A stretch of DNA of 64,000 nt from an uncultured Alphaproteobacteria bacterium (GCA_943788635.1 CALSRA010000007.1:27035-91034); one strand, 5' to 3'; shown: positions 1 to 10,200, counted from the stretch's first letter. Notes: generated by a model from the sequence alone, not told the origin. A program made the numbers and translations.

Positions 1-1679
1 CCACCATCGTCACCCTGGTGGTCGGTCTGATCTGGACCGCGGCATTCGCGGCCCTGACAATCGGCCATCTGAATCTTATCTCAGTCGCGTTTGCTGTGTT
101 GTTCATTGGTCTGGGCGTGGATTTCAGCATACATTATTGCCTCTATTACCGGGAATGTGCCGCCCGATACACATCCGGCGCCCTTGCCGCCACGGGCGCC
201 GGCATTGGTGGATCCCTCGCGATCAGCGCTATCTGTGCCGCAGCCGGCTTCCTGTCCTTTCTACCAACTGACTACAAGGGACTGGCGGAGTTGGGCCTGA
301 TATCCGGTGGCGGCATGGGTATCGCGTTTTTTCTGAACATGACCCTGATGCCCGCCATCCTGGCCTGTTTTCCCGGCAAGCCCACGCCACAGGCAAGTTC
401 TCCAAACCCCCAGGAACCATTCACACGACGACACTATCGCGCCATTCTTGTTTTGGCGGGCAGCCTCGGATTGGGTGCGGCTGCAGCGATACCCTTTGCG
501 CAATTCGACTTCAATCCCATGAACCTGAAGGACCCCGAAGCCGAATCCGTCGCCACATTCCATGACCTGTCCAACAATCCCCGGAACGGCATTCATGCCA
601 TCGACATTCTCGCCACAGACCTGGAAAAGGCCCGTGCTGACGCGACAAGAATAGAGTCGCTGCCCGATGTCGGCAAAACGGTCAGCCTGTTTAATTTTGT
701 ACCGGCGGATCAGGAAGAAAAACTGACAATCATCGAGGATATCGCCTTTTTTCTTGCCCCCGCTCTGATGACTGTTCCGGCACAAAACGCCAAACCGGCG
801 TCCTTCGCTACCGCAATCAATCAGTTCCAGGTTAATGCGGCGACCTACCTTGCCGATGCCCCCGCCAGCCCCCTAAGCAGCGCCATCGCGCAGTTGAACG
901 ACGCCCTGTTATCCGTTGATGCCACCGATCCCACCCTGCTTGAAGACCTGAATTATCGGCTGACGGGCTATCTTCCGGCCATGCTCGGTAATCTTCGGAA
1001 TGCCTTGCAGGCAACCGCATTTGGTATCGATGAAATTCCGGCGGAAATCCGACGGAACTGGGTAGCGCCCGATGGCCGGGCCCGTGTCCAGGTCTGGCCC
1101 AAAACCCGACCAAAATCAAATGCTGACCTGCAACATTTCGCATCCGCGATGCTGGCCGCTGCTCCCAATGCAGTTGGGACACCCATCACAATTTCCGAAG
1201 CGGGTATCGCCGTCGTATCTGCTTTTCGCGACGCATCCGTCATTGCTCTGATTCTGGTGACCCTGCTTCTGGTCGTCCTGCTGCGCGATATCGCAGGCCT
1301 CGCGTTGATTATGCTGCCACTGGCACTTGCGGCGATCCTCACCGGGGGAACATCCGTTTTGCTGAATCTTCCCTTCAACTTCGCCAATATTATCGTTTTG
1401 CCCCTGCTATTCGGGCTTGGCGTCGCAAGCGGCGTCCATATGGTCATACGCAGCCGGAATATTGGTCAGGATGAGAATGTGATGCTGACCAGCACTCCGC
1501 GCGCCGTATTGTTCAGCGCCCTGACAACAATCGCCTCATTCGGCAGCCTGGCATTGTCAGGGCATCTCGGCATGACCAGCATGGGACAATTGCTGACCAT
1601 CGCTATCGGCTACACGCTGATCTGCATGCTGATTGTTCTGCCCGCCCTGATGGCCTGGCAGGAAAAGCGCGCCCTTTGA
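1..1679 (+). CDS. hpnN: HpnN-like RND/MMPL hopanoid transporter, C-terminal part (5' end upstream of window)
   Basis: Frame is open from the window edge to the stop at 1679. Two multi-TM bundles (GLGVDFSIHYCLYY..., LPLLFGLGVASGVHMV...) flank a ~300-aa soluble loop, which is the MMPL/RND half-repeat layout. It sits at the edge of the hpn cluster. Confidence 0.7.
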   Translation, partial: TIVTLVVGLIWTAAFAALTIGHLNLISVAFAVLFIGLGVDFSIHYCLYYRECAARYTSGALAATGAGIGGSLAISAICAAAGFLSFLPTDYKGLAELGLISGGGMGIAFFLNMTLMPAILACFPGKPTPQASSPNPQEPFTRRHYRAILVLAGSLGLGAAAAIPFAQFDFNPMNLKDPEAESVATFHDLSNNPRNGIHAIDILATDLEKARADATRIESLPDVGKTVSLFNFVPADQEEKLTIIEDIAFFLAPALMTVPAQNAKPASFATAINQFQVNAATYLADAPASPLSSAIAQLNDALLSVDATDPTLLEDLNYRLTGYLPAMLGNLRNALQATAFGIDEIPAEIRRNWVAPDGRARVQVWPKTRPKSNADLQHFASAMLAAAPNAVGTPITISEAGIAVVSAFRDASVIALILVTLLLVVLLRDIAGLALIMLPLALAAILTGGTSVLLNLPFNFANIIVLPLLFGLGVASGVHMVIRSRNIGQDENVMLTSTPRAVLFSALTTIASFGSLALSGHLGMTSMGQLLTIAIGYTLICMLIVLPALMAWQEKRAL

Positions 1680-1829
1680 CAGCGGGTTGGTTATGGACGC
1701 CAAACTATTACATGCGTAAAACGGACACTCGGAACCAAAGTCAATTATCGCAATTTCATAACCGTATCGACACATGCTCGAAACCTGTTCACCTCGCTGG
1801 CCACGGCAAGAATACCTGGGGTCCTGCAC

Positions 1830-2573
1830 ATGAAAGCCGTAATGCTTGCAGCAGGCGTCGGCTCAAGGCTTGAAAAAGAAGCCGGCTTCCCGCCGAAGAC
1901 GCTGTTGCGTTTCGGGGGCAAGTCACTTGTGCAACGCCACGCGGAAATCCTGAAACACCTGGGCTTCGACGAACTTGTCATGGGCGTGGGCTACCAGGCG
2001 AACCTTATCCGCGCTGAAATATCGGCGATTGGCGCTAGTGATTTCATCCGAACCGTGGACTGCCCGGAACACGCCAAAGGCGCCATCTATACACTTTGGG
2101 GGTTACGGGCGGAATTCGCAGGCCCGACCGTCTTCATGGATGGCGACGTTCTGTACGATCACCGGCTTATGGCCCAACTTGTCAATTCCCCCCATGAAAC
2201 ATGTTTCGCAATGGACCGGAATGTCCGCCCGGGCGACGACCCGGTCAAAATCTGTTTCAAGGACAAACAGATTGTCGACTTCCACAAGCAACCGACCACC
2301 CCGCATGACGAGTTCGCCGAATGGATCGGCTTCCTGCGATTGTCTGCAGCGGTCGCGCGACAGCTCGAATCTGCGTTACGGCCCTATATCGAATCCGGCC
2401 GCACCGATGTGATTTACGAGCAGTCGTTTCTGGACATCCTTCGCAATTCACCGGATGGCACGTTTGCCGTAGAGGACATTACCGGCCTGCCATGGACTGA
2501 AATCGACTTCCCCCACGACCTGACATATGCCAGCACGACGATCCTGCCACGGCTAGAACCGCTGCCGGGATGA
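1830..2573 (+). CDS. Sugar-/alcohol-phosphate nucleotidyltransferase (LicC/NTP_transferase-like)
   Basis: 247-aa ORF. N-terminal MLAAGVGSRL matches the GxGxRL nucleotidyltransferase motif, and the size suits a single-domain cytidylyl/uridylyltransferase. Its stop overlaps the next start by 4 nt. Confidence 0.75.
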   Translation: MKAVMLAAGVGSRLEKEAGFPPKTLLRFGGKSLVQRHAEILKHLGFDELVMGVGYQANLIRAEISAIGASDFIRTVDCPEHAKGAIYTLWGLRAEFAGPTVFMDGDVLYDHRLMAQLVNSPHETCFAMDRNVRPGDDPVKICFKDKQIVDFHKQPTTPHDEFAEWIGFLRLSAAVARQLESALRPYIESGRTDVIYEQSFLDILRNSPDGTFAVEDITGLPWTEIDFPHDLTYASTTILPRLEPLPG

Positions 2574-3193
2574 CCGCCAAGTCACCCCCTTGGGACCAGC
2601 GTTTGGCGCGCCCCGTCGCACGGCTTCTGGCAAAGACGCCCGCTACCCCGAACCAGGTCACAACCGTCAGCCTGTTGTTGGGAGTCAGCGGCGGTATCCT
2701 GCTTGGTTTCGGTGAAACAGCAGCCTATTGGGGTGCGCTACTCTACATATTGGCGCAGTTCGTGGACCACATGGATGGTGAACTGGCGCGTATGACCGGG
2801 CAAACCAGCGAGTTTGGTCATTATTACGACCATATTGTTGGCGGCATTTTTGAGTTCGCGCTTTTCTGCGGCATTGGCATTGGCCTGGGGGCGGAAGCAC
2901 TGGGGGGCTGGGCCACCGTTTTGGGATTCGTCGCCGCCATTGCCGTCGGTGTCACCGTGACGGTTCGGATCGGCATTTTCCGTCGCTATGGGCGCAGCGC
3001 CATCGATCAGCCAAGCTGGGGCGGCTTTGAAATCGAGGACATCATGTATCTGGTCGGTCCGATTGCATGGATCGACGGGCTCGACATCTTTTTGTTACTG
3101 GCAAGTATCGGGACGCCAATATTCATGGTGATGACGATCCTGGAATACGTTAAAGGTCCCTCATCAGGAACTGGAGCGGATGAAAAGGCGTGA
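2570..3193 (+). CDS. CDP-alcohol phosphatidyltransferase family membrane protein (divergent signature)
   Basis: 207-aa polytopic ORF with DHMDGELAR-x8-G-x3-D, matching DxxDGxxAR...GxxxD. The position of the fourth Asp is Gly (codon 2840-2842). Overlaps both neighbours by 4 nt. Confidence 0.75.
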   Translation: MTAKSPPWDQRLARPVARLLAKTPATPNQVTTVSLLLGVSGGILLGFGETAAYWGALLYILAQFVDHMDGELARMTGQTSEFGHYYDHIVGGIFEFALFCGIGIGLGAEALGGWATVLGFVAAIAVGVTVTVRIGIFRRYGRSAIDQPSWGGFEIEDIMYLVGPIAWIDGLDIFLLLASIGTPIFMVMTILEYVKGPSSGTGADEKA

Positions 3194-4188
3194 CTGTACT
3201 GGTCACCGGTGCCACGGGATTTGTCGGGTCAGCTGTCACGCGCAGCCTGCTGGCTGATAACCAGCCCGTCCGCGTTCTCGTCCGCCCCGAAAGCGATCGC
3301 GCCAACATCGCCGACCTACCGGTCGGCATTGCCGTCGGCGACCTTCGTGATGCGGCCTCGCTTGTTGCCGCCATGAAAGACTGCCGGGCACTTTACCATG
3401 TCGCTGCCGATTACCGGCTTTGGACGCCAAGGCCCGACGCACTTTACGAAGCCAATGTTACCGGCACCCTGAACCTCATTCGGGCCGCGATGGCGACCGG
3501 GGTCGAACGCATTGTTTATACAAGCAGCGTCGCAACGCTTGGCCTGAATGCGGATGGCAAACCGGCGGACGAATCCACGCCAGTTTCACTCGACGCCATG
3601 ATCGGTCATTACAAACGCTCCAAGTTCCTTGCGGAGGAAGCCGTACAGCGGCTGGTTCGGGAAGAAGGCGCGCCAGTTGTAATCGTCAATCCGTCAACAC
3701 CGATTGGCCCCCGGGATATCAAACCCACCCCGACCGGTCGCATGATTGTCGAGGCCGCCGCCGGCCGGATGCCCGCATTTGTCGATACCGGACTGAACAT
3801 AGTTCATGTCGATGATGTTGCCGCCGGGCACCTGCTGGCATATCGACACGGCCGGATTGGCGAACGCTATGTGCTGGGTGGCGAAAACCAAACCCTCGCG
3901 GAAATTCTGTCTGCAATCGCGACGATAACCGGTCGCCGGCCACCAAAAATCAAATTGCCGCACAACGCCATCGTTCCTGTCGCCGCCGTTGCCGAAGCAT
4001 GGGCGCGCCTGTTCCGTACCGGTGAACCGTTCGTCACGCTGGACGGGATCCGGATGGCCCGCAAACGCATGTTTTTCTCTGCGGCAAAAGCCAAAAAGGA
4101 ACTCGGATATACCGCCAGGCCCTCCGTCGAAGCACTGCAAGACGCCATAGGCTGGTTTGCCCACAATCGCTATCTGGGCACCAAATGA
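3190..4188 (+). CDS. hpnA: Hopanoid-associated NAD-dependent epimerase/dehydratase HpnA
   Basis: 332 aa. Rossmann motif VTGATGFVGS and catalytic YKRSK (YxxxK). Located within the hpn cluster. Confidence 0.8.
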   Translation: MTVLVTGATGFVGSAVTRSLLADNQPVRVLVRPESDRANIADLPVGIAVGDLRDAASLVAAMKDCRALYHVAADYRLWTPRPDALYEANVTGTLNLIRAAMATGVERIVYTSSVATLGLNADGKPADESTPVSLDAMIGHYKRSKFLAEEAVQRLVREEGAPVVIVNPSTPIGPRDIKPTPTGRMIVEAAAGRMPAFVDTGLNIVHVDDVAAGHLLAYRHGRIGERYVLGGENQTLAEILSAIATITGRRPPKIKLPHNAIVPVAAVAEAWARLFRTGEPFVTLDGIRMARKRMFFSAAKAKKELGYTARPSVEALQDAIGWFAHNRYLGTK

Positions 4189-5165
4189 AGTGGGGCATGC
4201 TCCTTAGCCTGGCTGTCGGCGGTGCAGTCTTTACGGCACTCATTGTCTGGTACGGCGCCGCAGATATCCTGGCCGCCGCGACAACCATCGGCTGGGGAAT
4301 TGTCTGGGTCAGTCTCTTCCGGTTTGCCATTCTGATATTCGATACCTTTTCCTGGCAGGTTCTCCTTCCGGTTCCCGGGCGGGAATCTTTGGGGCGACTT
4401 TTCTGGATCCGCTGGATTGCTGATTCCGTGAACGCTTTGCTGCCGGTTGCGCGGGTTGGCGGTGAATTTCTGCGCGCCCTGCTTGTGTATCGTCGTGGCC
4501 TGCCCGGCCCCATTGCCGGCGCGAGCGTCATGGTCGACCTCACCGCCGGTATCTTGACGCAATTTGTTTTTTCCATCGTCGGCGTTATCGCCTTTGCCAT
4601 AATCTCGGACGGTGATGCCGATATTGTAATCAACCTGGCGGCAGGGCTCGCGCTGTTCGCCGCCGGCCTGGCCGGCTTCTACGCCGTTCAGCGGTCTCAG
4701 CCCTTTCTAAAGCTCGCCCGATTGATGGAAAAAATCAGCAATATACAGCGCTGGGCCACGATCACTGGCGGTGCTGCCGCGATGGATGCCGCAATCGTCG
4801 CATTGTACCGGCAACGCCCCGCAATGCTTCTTTGTTGCTTCTGGCGTATCGTTGGGTGGGTTGCCGGCACCGGGGAAGTCTGGCTGATCCTGTATCTGCT
4901 CGGTCACCCGGTAACCCTGATGGAAGCCTTTGTGCTGGAAAGCCTTGGTCAGGCAGCCCGAAGCGCCGGATTCATGATCCCGGGCGGGCTAGGTGTCCAG
5001 GAAGGCGGCCTTGTGCTCGTGGGCAGTCAGCTTGGACTGACGCCGGAAATAGCGCTTGCCCTGTCGCTGGTAAAGCGCGCCCGTGAACTGATTGTCGGGG
5101 TGCCCGGGCTGCTTGCCTGGCAGATCGGCGAGGGGCACGGGTTCTTGAAACGGCACGATACTTGA
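4185..5165 (+). CDS. hpnL: HpnL-like membrane protein (lysyl-PG synthase TM / flippase-like family)
   Basis: 326-aa polytopic protein with a conserved ...LPVARVGGEFLRA... segment typical of the LPG_synthase_TM family. 4-nt overlap with hpnA. Confidence 0.55.
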   Translation: MKWGMLLSLAVGGAVFTALIVWYGAADILAAATTIGWGIVWVSLFRFAILIFDTFSWQVLLPVPGRESLGRLFWIRWIADSVNALLPVARVGGEFLRALLVYRRGLPGPIAGASVMVDLTAGILTQFVFSIVGVIAFAIISDGDADIVINLAAGLALFAAGLAGFYAVQRSQPFLKLARLMEKISNIQRWATITGGAAAMDAAIVALYRQRPAMLLCCFWRIVGWVAGTGEVWLILYLLGHPVTLMEAFVLESLGQAARSAGFMIPGGLGVQEGGLVLVGSQLGLTPEIALALSLVKRARELIVGVPGLLAWQIGEGHGFLKRHDT

Positions 5166-5262
5166 TTCTTGAGCCATAAATTCCACATCCTTGAGGCATA
5201 TCAAGCAACATGCTACGTAGCGAAGAATCGAGAATCGCCCGGCGCGGGCAGAAGGAAATCGA

Positions 5263-6207
5263 ATGGGTAAAAAACCGCTAACGGTTCTGCTCGCGAAGCC
5301 AAGAGGCTTTTGCGCCGGCGTGGTCCGTGCCGTCGATATCGTCGAACGCGCTCTGATAAAGTATGGCAAGCCGGTCTATGTCCGGCATGAAATCGTGCAC
5401 AACAAGCATGTGGTCGAGGCACTGAAGGCCAAGGGCGCCATTTTCGTCGAGGAAGTGGATGAAATTCCCGAAGGCGCGGTGACAATCTTCAGCGCCCACG
5501 GGGTATCCCAAAAAGTCGAGGGCGATGCAATCGGCAGGGATCTTGAGGTAATTGACGCCACCTGTCCGTTGGTGAGCAAGGTCCATAACGAAGCCCAGCG
5601 GTACTCTCGTAACGGTTACGAAATCGTCCTGATCGGCCATCGCGGCCATCCGGAAGTCGAAGGGACCATGGGGCAGGTTCCAGGCATCGTCCATCTGGTA
5701 AGCACCATTGATGACGTCGCACAACTGCAGCCGGAAGACGCCAGCAAGCTGGCCTATGTGACACAGACAACGCTGAGCGTCGATGATACGCGGCACATCA
5801 TCGAAGCGTTGCGGCAGCGCTTTTCAGACATTGTCGGACCGGATGTAAAAGATATCTGCTACGCGACCCAGAACCGGCAGAGTGTCATCCGGGAAATTGC
5901 CACGCAGGCCGATGTCATCCTCGTTATTGGCGCCAATTACAGTTCTAATTCAAATCGCCTGCGGGAAATCGGCGAAGAATCCGGTATACCCAGTTATCTG
6001 CTTGCGGACGAAACGACCCTGGATCCGGCATGGCTTAACGACGCCTCGACAGTCGGCATTACAGCGGGTGCATCCGCACCGGAGGAACTTGTTCAGGGTT
6101 TGATTCGGCGACTTGAAGAATATTTCGAGGTTACCGTCGAGGACCTTGAAACGGTTAAGGAAAACGTCCAGTTCAAGTTACCAAAAGAACTGGCGAACGT
6201 TATCTAG
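5263..6207 (+). CDS. ispH: 4-hydroxy-3-methylbut-2-enyl diphosphate reductase IspH/LytB
   Basis: 314 aa. [20 protein letters not shown]-terminus and conserved Cys-containing segments ([15 protein letters not shown]). RBS AAGGAA lies upstream. Confidence 0.95.
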   Translation: MGKKPLTVLLAKPRGFCAGVVRAVDIVERALIKYGKPVYVRHEIVHNKHVVEALKAKGAIFVEEVDEIPEGAVTIFSAHGVSQKVEGDAIGRDLEVIDATCPLVSKVHNEAQRYSRNGYEIVLIGHRGHPEVEGTMGQVPGIVHLVSTIDDVAQLQPEDASKLAYVTQTTLSVDDTRHIIEALRQRFSDIVGPDVKDICYATQNRQSVIREIATQADVILVIGANYSSNSNRLREIGEESGIPSYLLADETTLDPAWLNDASTVGITAGASAPEELVQGLIRRLEEYFEVTVEDLETVKENVQFKLPKELANVI

Positions 6208-6231
6208 GCGGGGCAGCTAAATTCAACAGGA

Positions 6232-7389
6232 TTGAAAATCGTGGCAGTACCTTTAATTCAGCAATTGCGCGTCGGCGCTTATGTCATAAAGCAACGCCTG
6301 AAAGGCGTTCGGCGTTATCCCCTCGTCCTGATGCTGGAACCGTTATTCCGTTGCAATCTCGCCTGTCCGGGATGCGGCAAGATCGACTATCCCGATGAAA
6401 TCCTGAACCGCCGGCTGAGCGTTGCCGAATGTATCGAAGCGGTCGAGGAATGTGGTGCCCCCATTGTTTCAATTCCTGGTGGCGAGCCGTTGATTCACAA
6501 GGAAATCGGTGAGATTGTAGAGGCATTCGTTGAACGCAAGAAGTTCGTGTACCTGTGCACGAACGCATTGCTGCTTGAAAAGAAACTGCACCTCTTTAAA
6601 CCCAGCCCCTATCTGACATTTTCTGTTCACCTCGACGGACTTGAAGGTGACCATGACCGCGCCGTCAATCAAAAGGGCGTTTTCGCGATCGCGACCCGCG
6701 CCATCGCAAAAGCACGCGACGCCGGTTTCCGTGTCAACGTCAATTGCACCCTGTTCGACAACGCCAAAGCGGACGAAGTAAGCGCATTCTTCGACTACGG
6801 CATGTCGCTTGGTGTTGAAGGCATTACGGTGTCGCCGGGCTACGCCTATGAACGTGCGCCCGACCAGGCACATTTCCTGTCACGCCAGAAAACGAAGCAA
6901 CTCTTCCGGGATGTCTTCAAGCTTGGCAAAGGCAAGAAGTGGCGCTTCAGCCAGTCAACGCTTTTCCTGGATTTCCTGGCCGGCAATCAGGAGTACAAAT
7001 GCACGCCCTGGGGCAACCCGACCCGCAACGTCTTCGGCTGGCAACGACCCTGCTATCTGCTGGGCGAAGGTTATGTGCCAACCTATCGCGAGTTGATGGA
7101 AGAAACCGACTGGGACTTATACGGAACCGGCAAATATGAAAAATGCGCCGAATGCATGGTGCATTGCGGTTACGAAGCGACGGCGGTGATGGACACGATT
7201 GCCCACCCGGTCAAGGCTTTGAAAACATTCGTTTCCGGCCCCGAGCTGGACGGTCCCATGGCGCCGGAAATTTCGCTCGAAAACCAGCGACCCGCGGAAT
7301 ACATCTTCGATTCCAATGTGCAGAAAACGTTGACGCAATTGCATGCCGAAGCCGAACAACGCGCCAAGGAACGCAGCGACGCGGCGTAA
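6232..7389 (+). CDS. hpnH: Hopanoid-associated radical SAM protein HpnH (adenosylhopane synthase)
   Basis: CNLACPGCGK is a CxxxCxxC radical-SAM motif, preceded by YPLVLMLEPLFR. The longest ORF starts at TTG 6232. GTG 6241 (MAVPLIQQLRVG) is an equally plausible start. Confidence 0.9.
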   Translation: MKIVAVPLIQQLRVGAYVIKQRLKGVRRYPLVLMLEPLFRCNLACPGCGKIDYPDEILNRRLSVAECIEAVEECGAPIVSIPGGEPLIHKEIGEIVEAFVERKKFVYLCTNALLLEKKLHLFKPSPYLTFSVHLDGLEGDHDRAVNQKGVFAIATRAIAKARDAGFRVNVNCTLFDNAKADEVSAFFDYGMSLGVEGITVSPGYAYERAPDQAHFLSRQKTKQLFRDVFKLGKGKKWRFSQSTLFLDFLAGNQEYKCTPWGNPTRNVFGWQRPCYLLGEGYVPTYRELMEETDWDLYGTGKYEKCAECMVHCGYEATAVMDTIAHPVKALKTFVSGPELDGPMAPEISLENQRPAEYIFDSNVQKTLTQLHAEAEQRAKERSDAA

Positions 7390-7397
7390 TCGTTCTG

Positions 7398-8096
7398 TCA
7401 GCTGAACCGCGTTTTCAGCAAAATTCGCGCAGTAACCGCAAGGCTGCCTAGCGCGGCGGAACTGTCACGGGCCAGTCCGATAATGCCGGGCAGATCCTGC
7501 GGACGGGTCAGCAGTTTTCCAAGAACGGCAAACGGTCGGCGGTGGCCGTCCGGCCCCATCCCAACCAGTGCCGCTGCCGGGATAGCGCGTGTTGCCGGGT
7601 CCGCGATGGCGCGTATCACCAAAAGCGGAATACCGGCCTTTGCCGCCACCCGTGCGACACCGTGACTTTCCATATCCGCGGCAACAGCGTCTGTTTTATC
7701 CCGCAGCAACGCTTTTCCGGCAGAAGACATCACCGGCGTATCAATTCCGGCAACACCACCGGTTTCAACGCGGCATTCCAACCCGATCCTTTCCGCAAGC
7801 AATTGCGTCCAGGCCGGAGCGGTATCCGTTTGGGTCAGGTCTGCATCCTGCCAAACGAATGTGCCCACCACGATATCACCCGGTGATCGGGACGGGTCGA
7901 GACCACCCGCAATGCCGAAACTGACCAGCACATCGGCGCCATTTTCAAGATGTTGCATGGCGACGCTGGCGGCGCGCTCGGCGCTGCCACCTGCCACCCC
8001 AACAAACGGCCTTTCGGATTCCGGCTCGCTATCGAACACCGCTTCGATCCGGGCGGCTTCAACGACGAGGCCTGTTACGAGTCCCAGGCGGGTCAC
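7398..8096 (-). CDS. hpnG: Hopanoid-associated phosphorylase/nucleosidase HpnG
   Basis: PNP/MTAN-like fold sequence (LVSFGIAGGLDP..., VAADMESHGVARVA). The longest ORF reaches 8159, inside shc. I favour GTG at 8096, which overlaps the shc stop as GTGA. Confidence 0.75.
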   Translation of the reverse strand: MTRLGLVTGLVVEAARIEAVFDSEPESERPFVGVAGGSAERAASVAMQHLENGADVLVSFGIAGGLDPSRSPGDIVVGTFVWQDADLTQTDTAPAWTQLLAERIGLECRVETGGVAGIDTPVMSSAGKALLRDKTDAVAADMESHGVARVAAKAGIPLLVIRAIADPATRAIPAAALVGMGPDGHRRPFAVLGKLLTRPQDLPGIIGLARDSSAALGSLAVTARILLKTRFS

Positions 8097-10153
8097 ATGC
8101 CGTGCGGCACTGTATTGGCGTTGCCGACCTGAAGGTTTCTGTAGCGCGCCAGCGCCCACAGCGGAAAATAGGCGCTATAGCCGTGGTAACGCAGGTAAAA
8201 TACCCGCGGGAAGCCGACTGCGGTGTACCAGGCTTCGGTCCAGCGGGCACCGTCACGTTCGGCCGCAACCAGATACGCGACACCACGTTTCACCGCATCC
8301 GAATCGACCTCTCCCGCCGCCATCAGACCCAGCAACGCCCAGGCAGTTTGCGACGGGGTGCTTTCCTTTTCCATGTCACGGGTTTCGGTCCAGTAGGTCG
8401 CACCGTCTTCCCCCCATCCACCATCGCTGCGCTGCCGGCTCTTCAACCAGTCCACGGCCTTGGTTATATGCGGGGCCGTCATGTCTTCGGACGCTGCGTT
8501 GAACGCGCACAGGACCGACCAGGTCCCGTAAATATAATTTGTGCCCCAGCGGCCGAACCAGGATCCATCGGGCTGCTGGGTTTCCCGCAGGTATGCGAGG
8601 CCGCGCTCGACAGCAACCCTGCCAGATTCCTCATCGATCTGCGCCAGCATACTCACGCAACGTGCGGTCACATCTTCCGTCGGCGGATCAAGCAACGCAC
8701 CGTGATCCGCGAAGGGAATATGATTCAGATACGTGTTTGTATTCTCCGCATCAAATGACCCCCAGCCGCCATTTTGCGACTGCATGCCGACGATCCATTC
8801 CGCCGCACGATCCATCGACTCTTTCAAAGCCGGGTCTTCCATACGATGCAACGCCATCGCGACAACCGCAGAATCGTCCACATCGGGATAGTGATCGTTC
8901 CCGTACTGAAATGCCCAGCCACCGGGCCTTAGCCCCGGACGGTTGTCAGCCCAGTCGCCAACGACATCCAGCACCTGCCGGTCTGCCAACCATTTTGCAG
9001 CCTGCTGGAGCTTCTCACTATCCTGCGGCACACCGGCCTCAAGCATCGCCTGCGTTGCCAGGCCCGTATCCCACACCGGCGACACGCAGGGCTGGCAATA
9101 CCCGCGATCCTCTTCAAGAACCAAAAGCCGCCGGATCGCCGCCTTTGCGGTGACCAGGTCAGGATGGTCCTTCGCAAACCCCAACCGGTCGAATGCCATG
9201 ACCGTATTGGCCATAGCGGGGAAAATTCCACCCAGACCATCCTCGCCGTTGAGCCTTTCCTGAACAAATTCAACGGCTTTGCGGAATGCTCGTTGCCGGC
9301 GATTCTTCGGATACTGCCGTTCAACGACGCGCAAAGCCTTGTCCAGGCCGATAAAGAGGGTTCCCCAGAGTGAACCCGTGGGATTACGCATGTAATGCTT
9401 CACGTCATTCGCCGGCATCACAAAAAGCTCGTCTATATGGACCCCGCGCGGATTTCGGGCGCGCGGCTTCAGCGCCATCAAAATCAGCAGGGGGACGAGA
9501 ACGGTACGTGACCAGTAGGAAATTTTTGAAATGTGGAACGGAAACCAGCGCGGCAAAAGCATGATTTCCACCGGCATAACCGGCACCGCGCGCCAGGGCA
9601 GCTGGTCGAACAGCGCCAGGGCAATACGCGTAAATACATTGCAGGTCGCAGCACCGCCACGCGCCAATATCGCTTCGCGGGCGCGCAGCATATGCGGCGC
9701 ATCTATGGGGTCGCCTGCAAGCTTCAGCGCGTAATACGCCTTCACGCTCGCGCTGATATCAAACGCCCCCTTGTGAAACAGGGGCCACCCGCCGTGATCG
9801 CCCTGAATTTCGCGCAGATAAACGGCCAGTTTACGCTCTATCCCATCGTCGATTTCATCAAGGAAATGTTCCAGCATGATGTATTCGGATGGAATCGTCG
9901 CATCAGCTTCGAGTTCGAAAACCCAATGGCCATCATCTTTTTGCAAAGCACCAAGCGCATCCGTCGCATCATCGACGACGGTATTCACTAAATCCAGAAG
10001 CCGGTCATCGCTTCCTATGGGCCCGCCGCCGACATACGCGTCAGCGTTGCTGACTTCCCTGGCAGTATCCATTATCGCTACGCTATTCTTCCCATTCACC
10101 GCATAAGTACACCGATTCGACGCTTCATGCTCCAACAATCGGAATATTGTCAA
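8093..10153 (-). CDS. shc: Squalene-hopene cyclase
   Basis: 686 aa. DxDD motif (PDVDDSAVV) and multiple QW repeats (QxxDGSWxGxWG, QRSDGGWGE, QNGGWG). TTG start at 10153 is preceded by GAGG. An alternative ATG lies at 10072. Confidence 0.95.
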   Translation of the reverse strand: MTIFRLLEHEASNRCTYAVNGKNSVAIMDTAREVSNADAYVGGGPIGSDDRLLDLVNTVVDDATDALGALQKDDGHWVFELEADATIPSEYIMLEHFLDEIDDGIERKLAVYLREIQGDHGGWPLFHKGAFDISASVKAYYALKLAGDPIDAPHMLRAREAILARGGAATCNVFTRIALALFDQLPWRAVPVMPVEIMLLPRWFPFHISKISYWSRTVLVPLLILMALKPRARNPRGVHIDELFVMPANDVKHYMRNPTGSLWGTLFIGLDKALRVVERQYPKNRRQRAFRKAVEFVQERLNGEDGLGGIFPAMANTVMAFDRLGFAKDHPDLVTAKAAIRRLLVLEEDRGYCQPCVSPVWDTGLATQAMLEAGVPQDSEKLQQAAKWLADRQVLDVVGDWADNRPGLRPGGWAFQYGNDHYPDVDDSAVVAMALHRMEDPALKESMDRAAEWIVGMQSQNGGWGSFDAENTNTYLNHIPFADHGALLDPPTEDVTARCVSMLAQIDEESGRVAVERGLAYLRETQQPDGSWFGRWGTNYIYGTWSVLCAFNAASEDMTAPHITKAVDWLKSRQRSDGGWGEDGATYWTETRDMEKESTPSQTAWALLGLMAAGEVDSDAVKRGVAYLVAAERDGARWTEAWYTAVGFPRVFYLRYHGYSAYFPLWALARYRNLQVGNANTVPHGM

Positions 10154-10200
10154 TACGCGCCTCTATGACGGTGCAAGGGGCGAATTCACCCTGACGCTTA

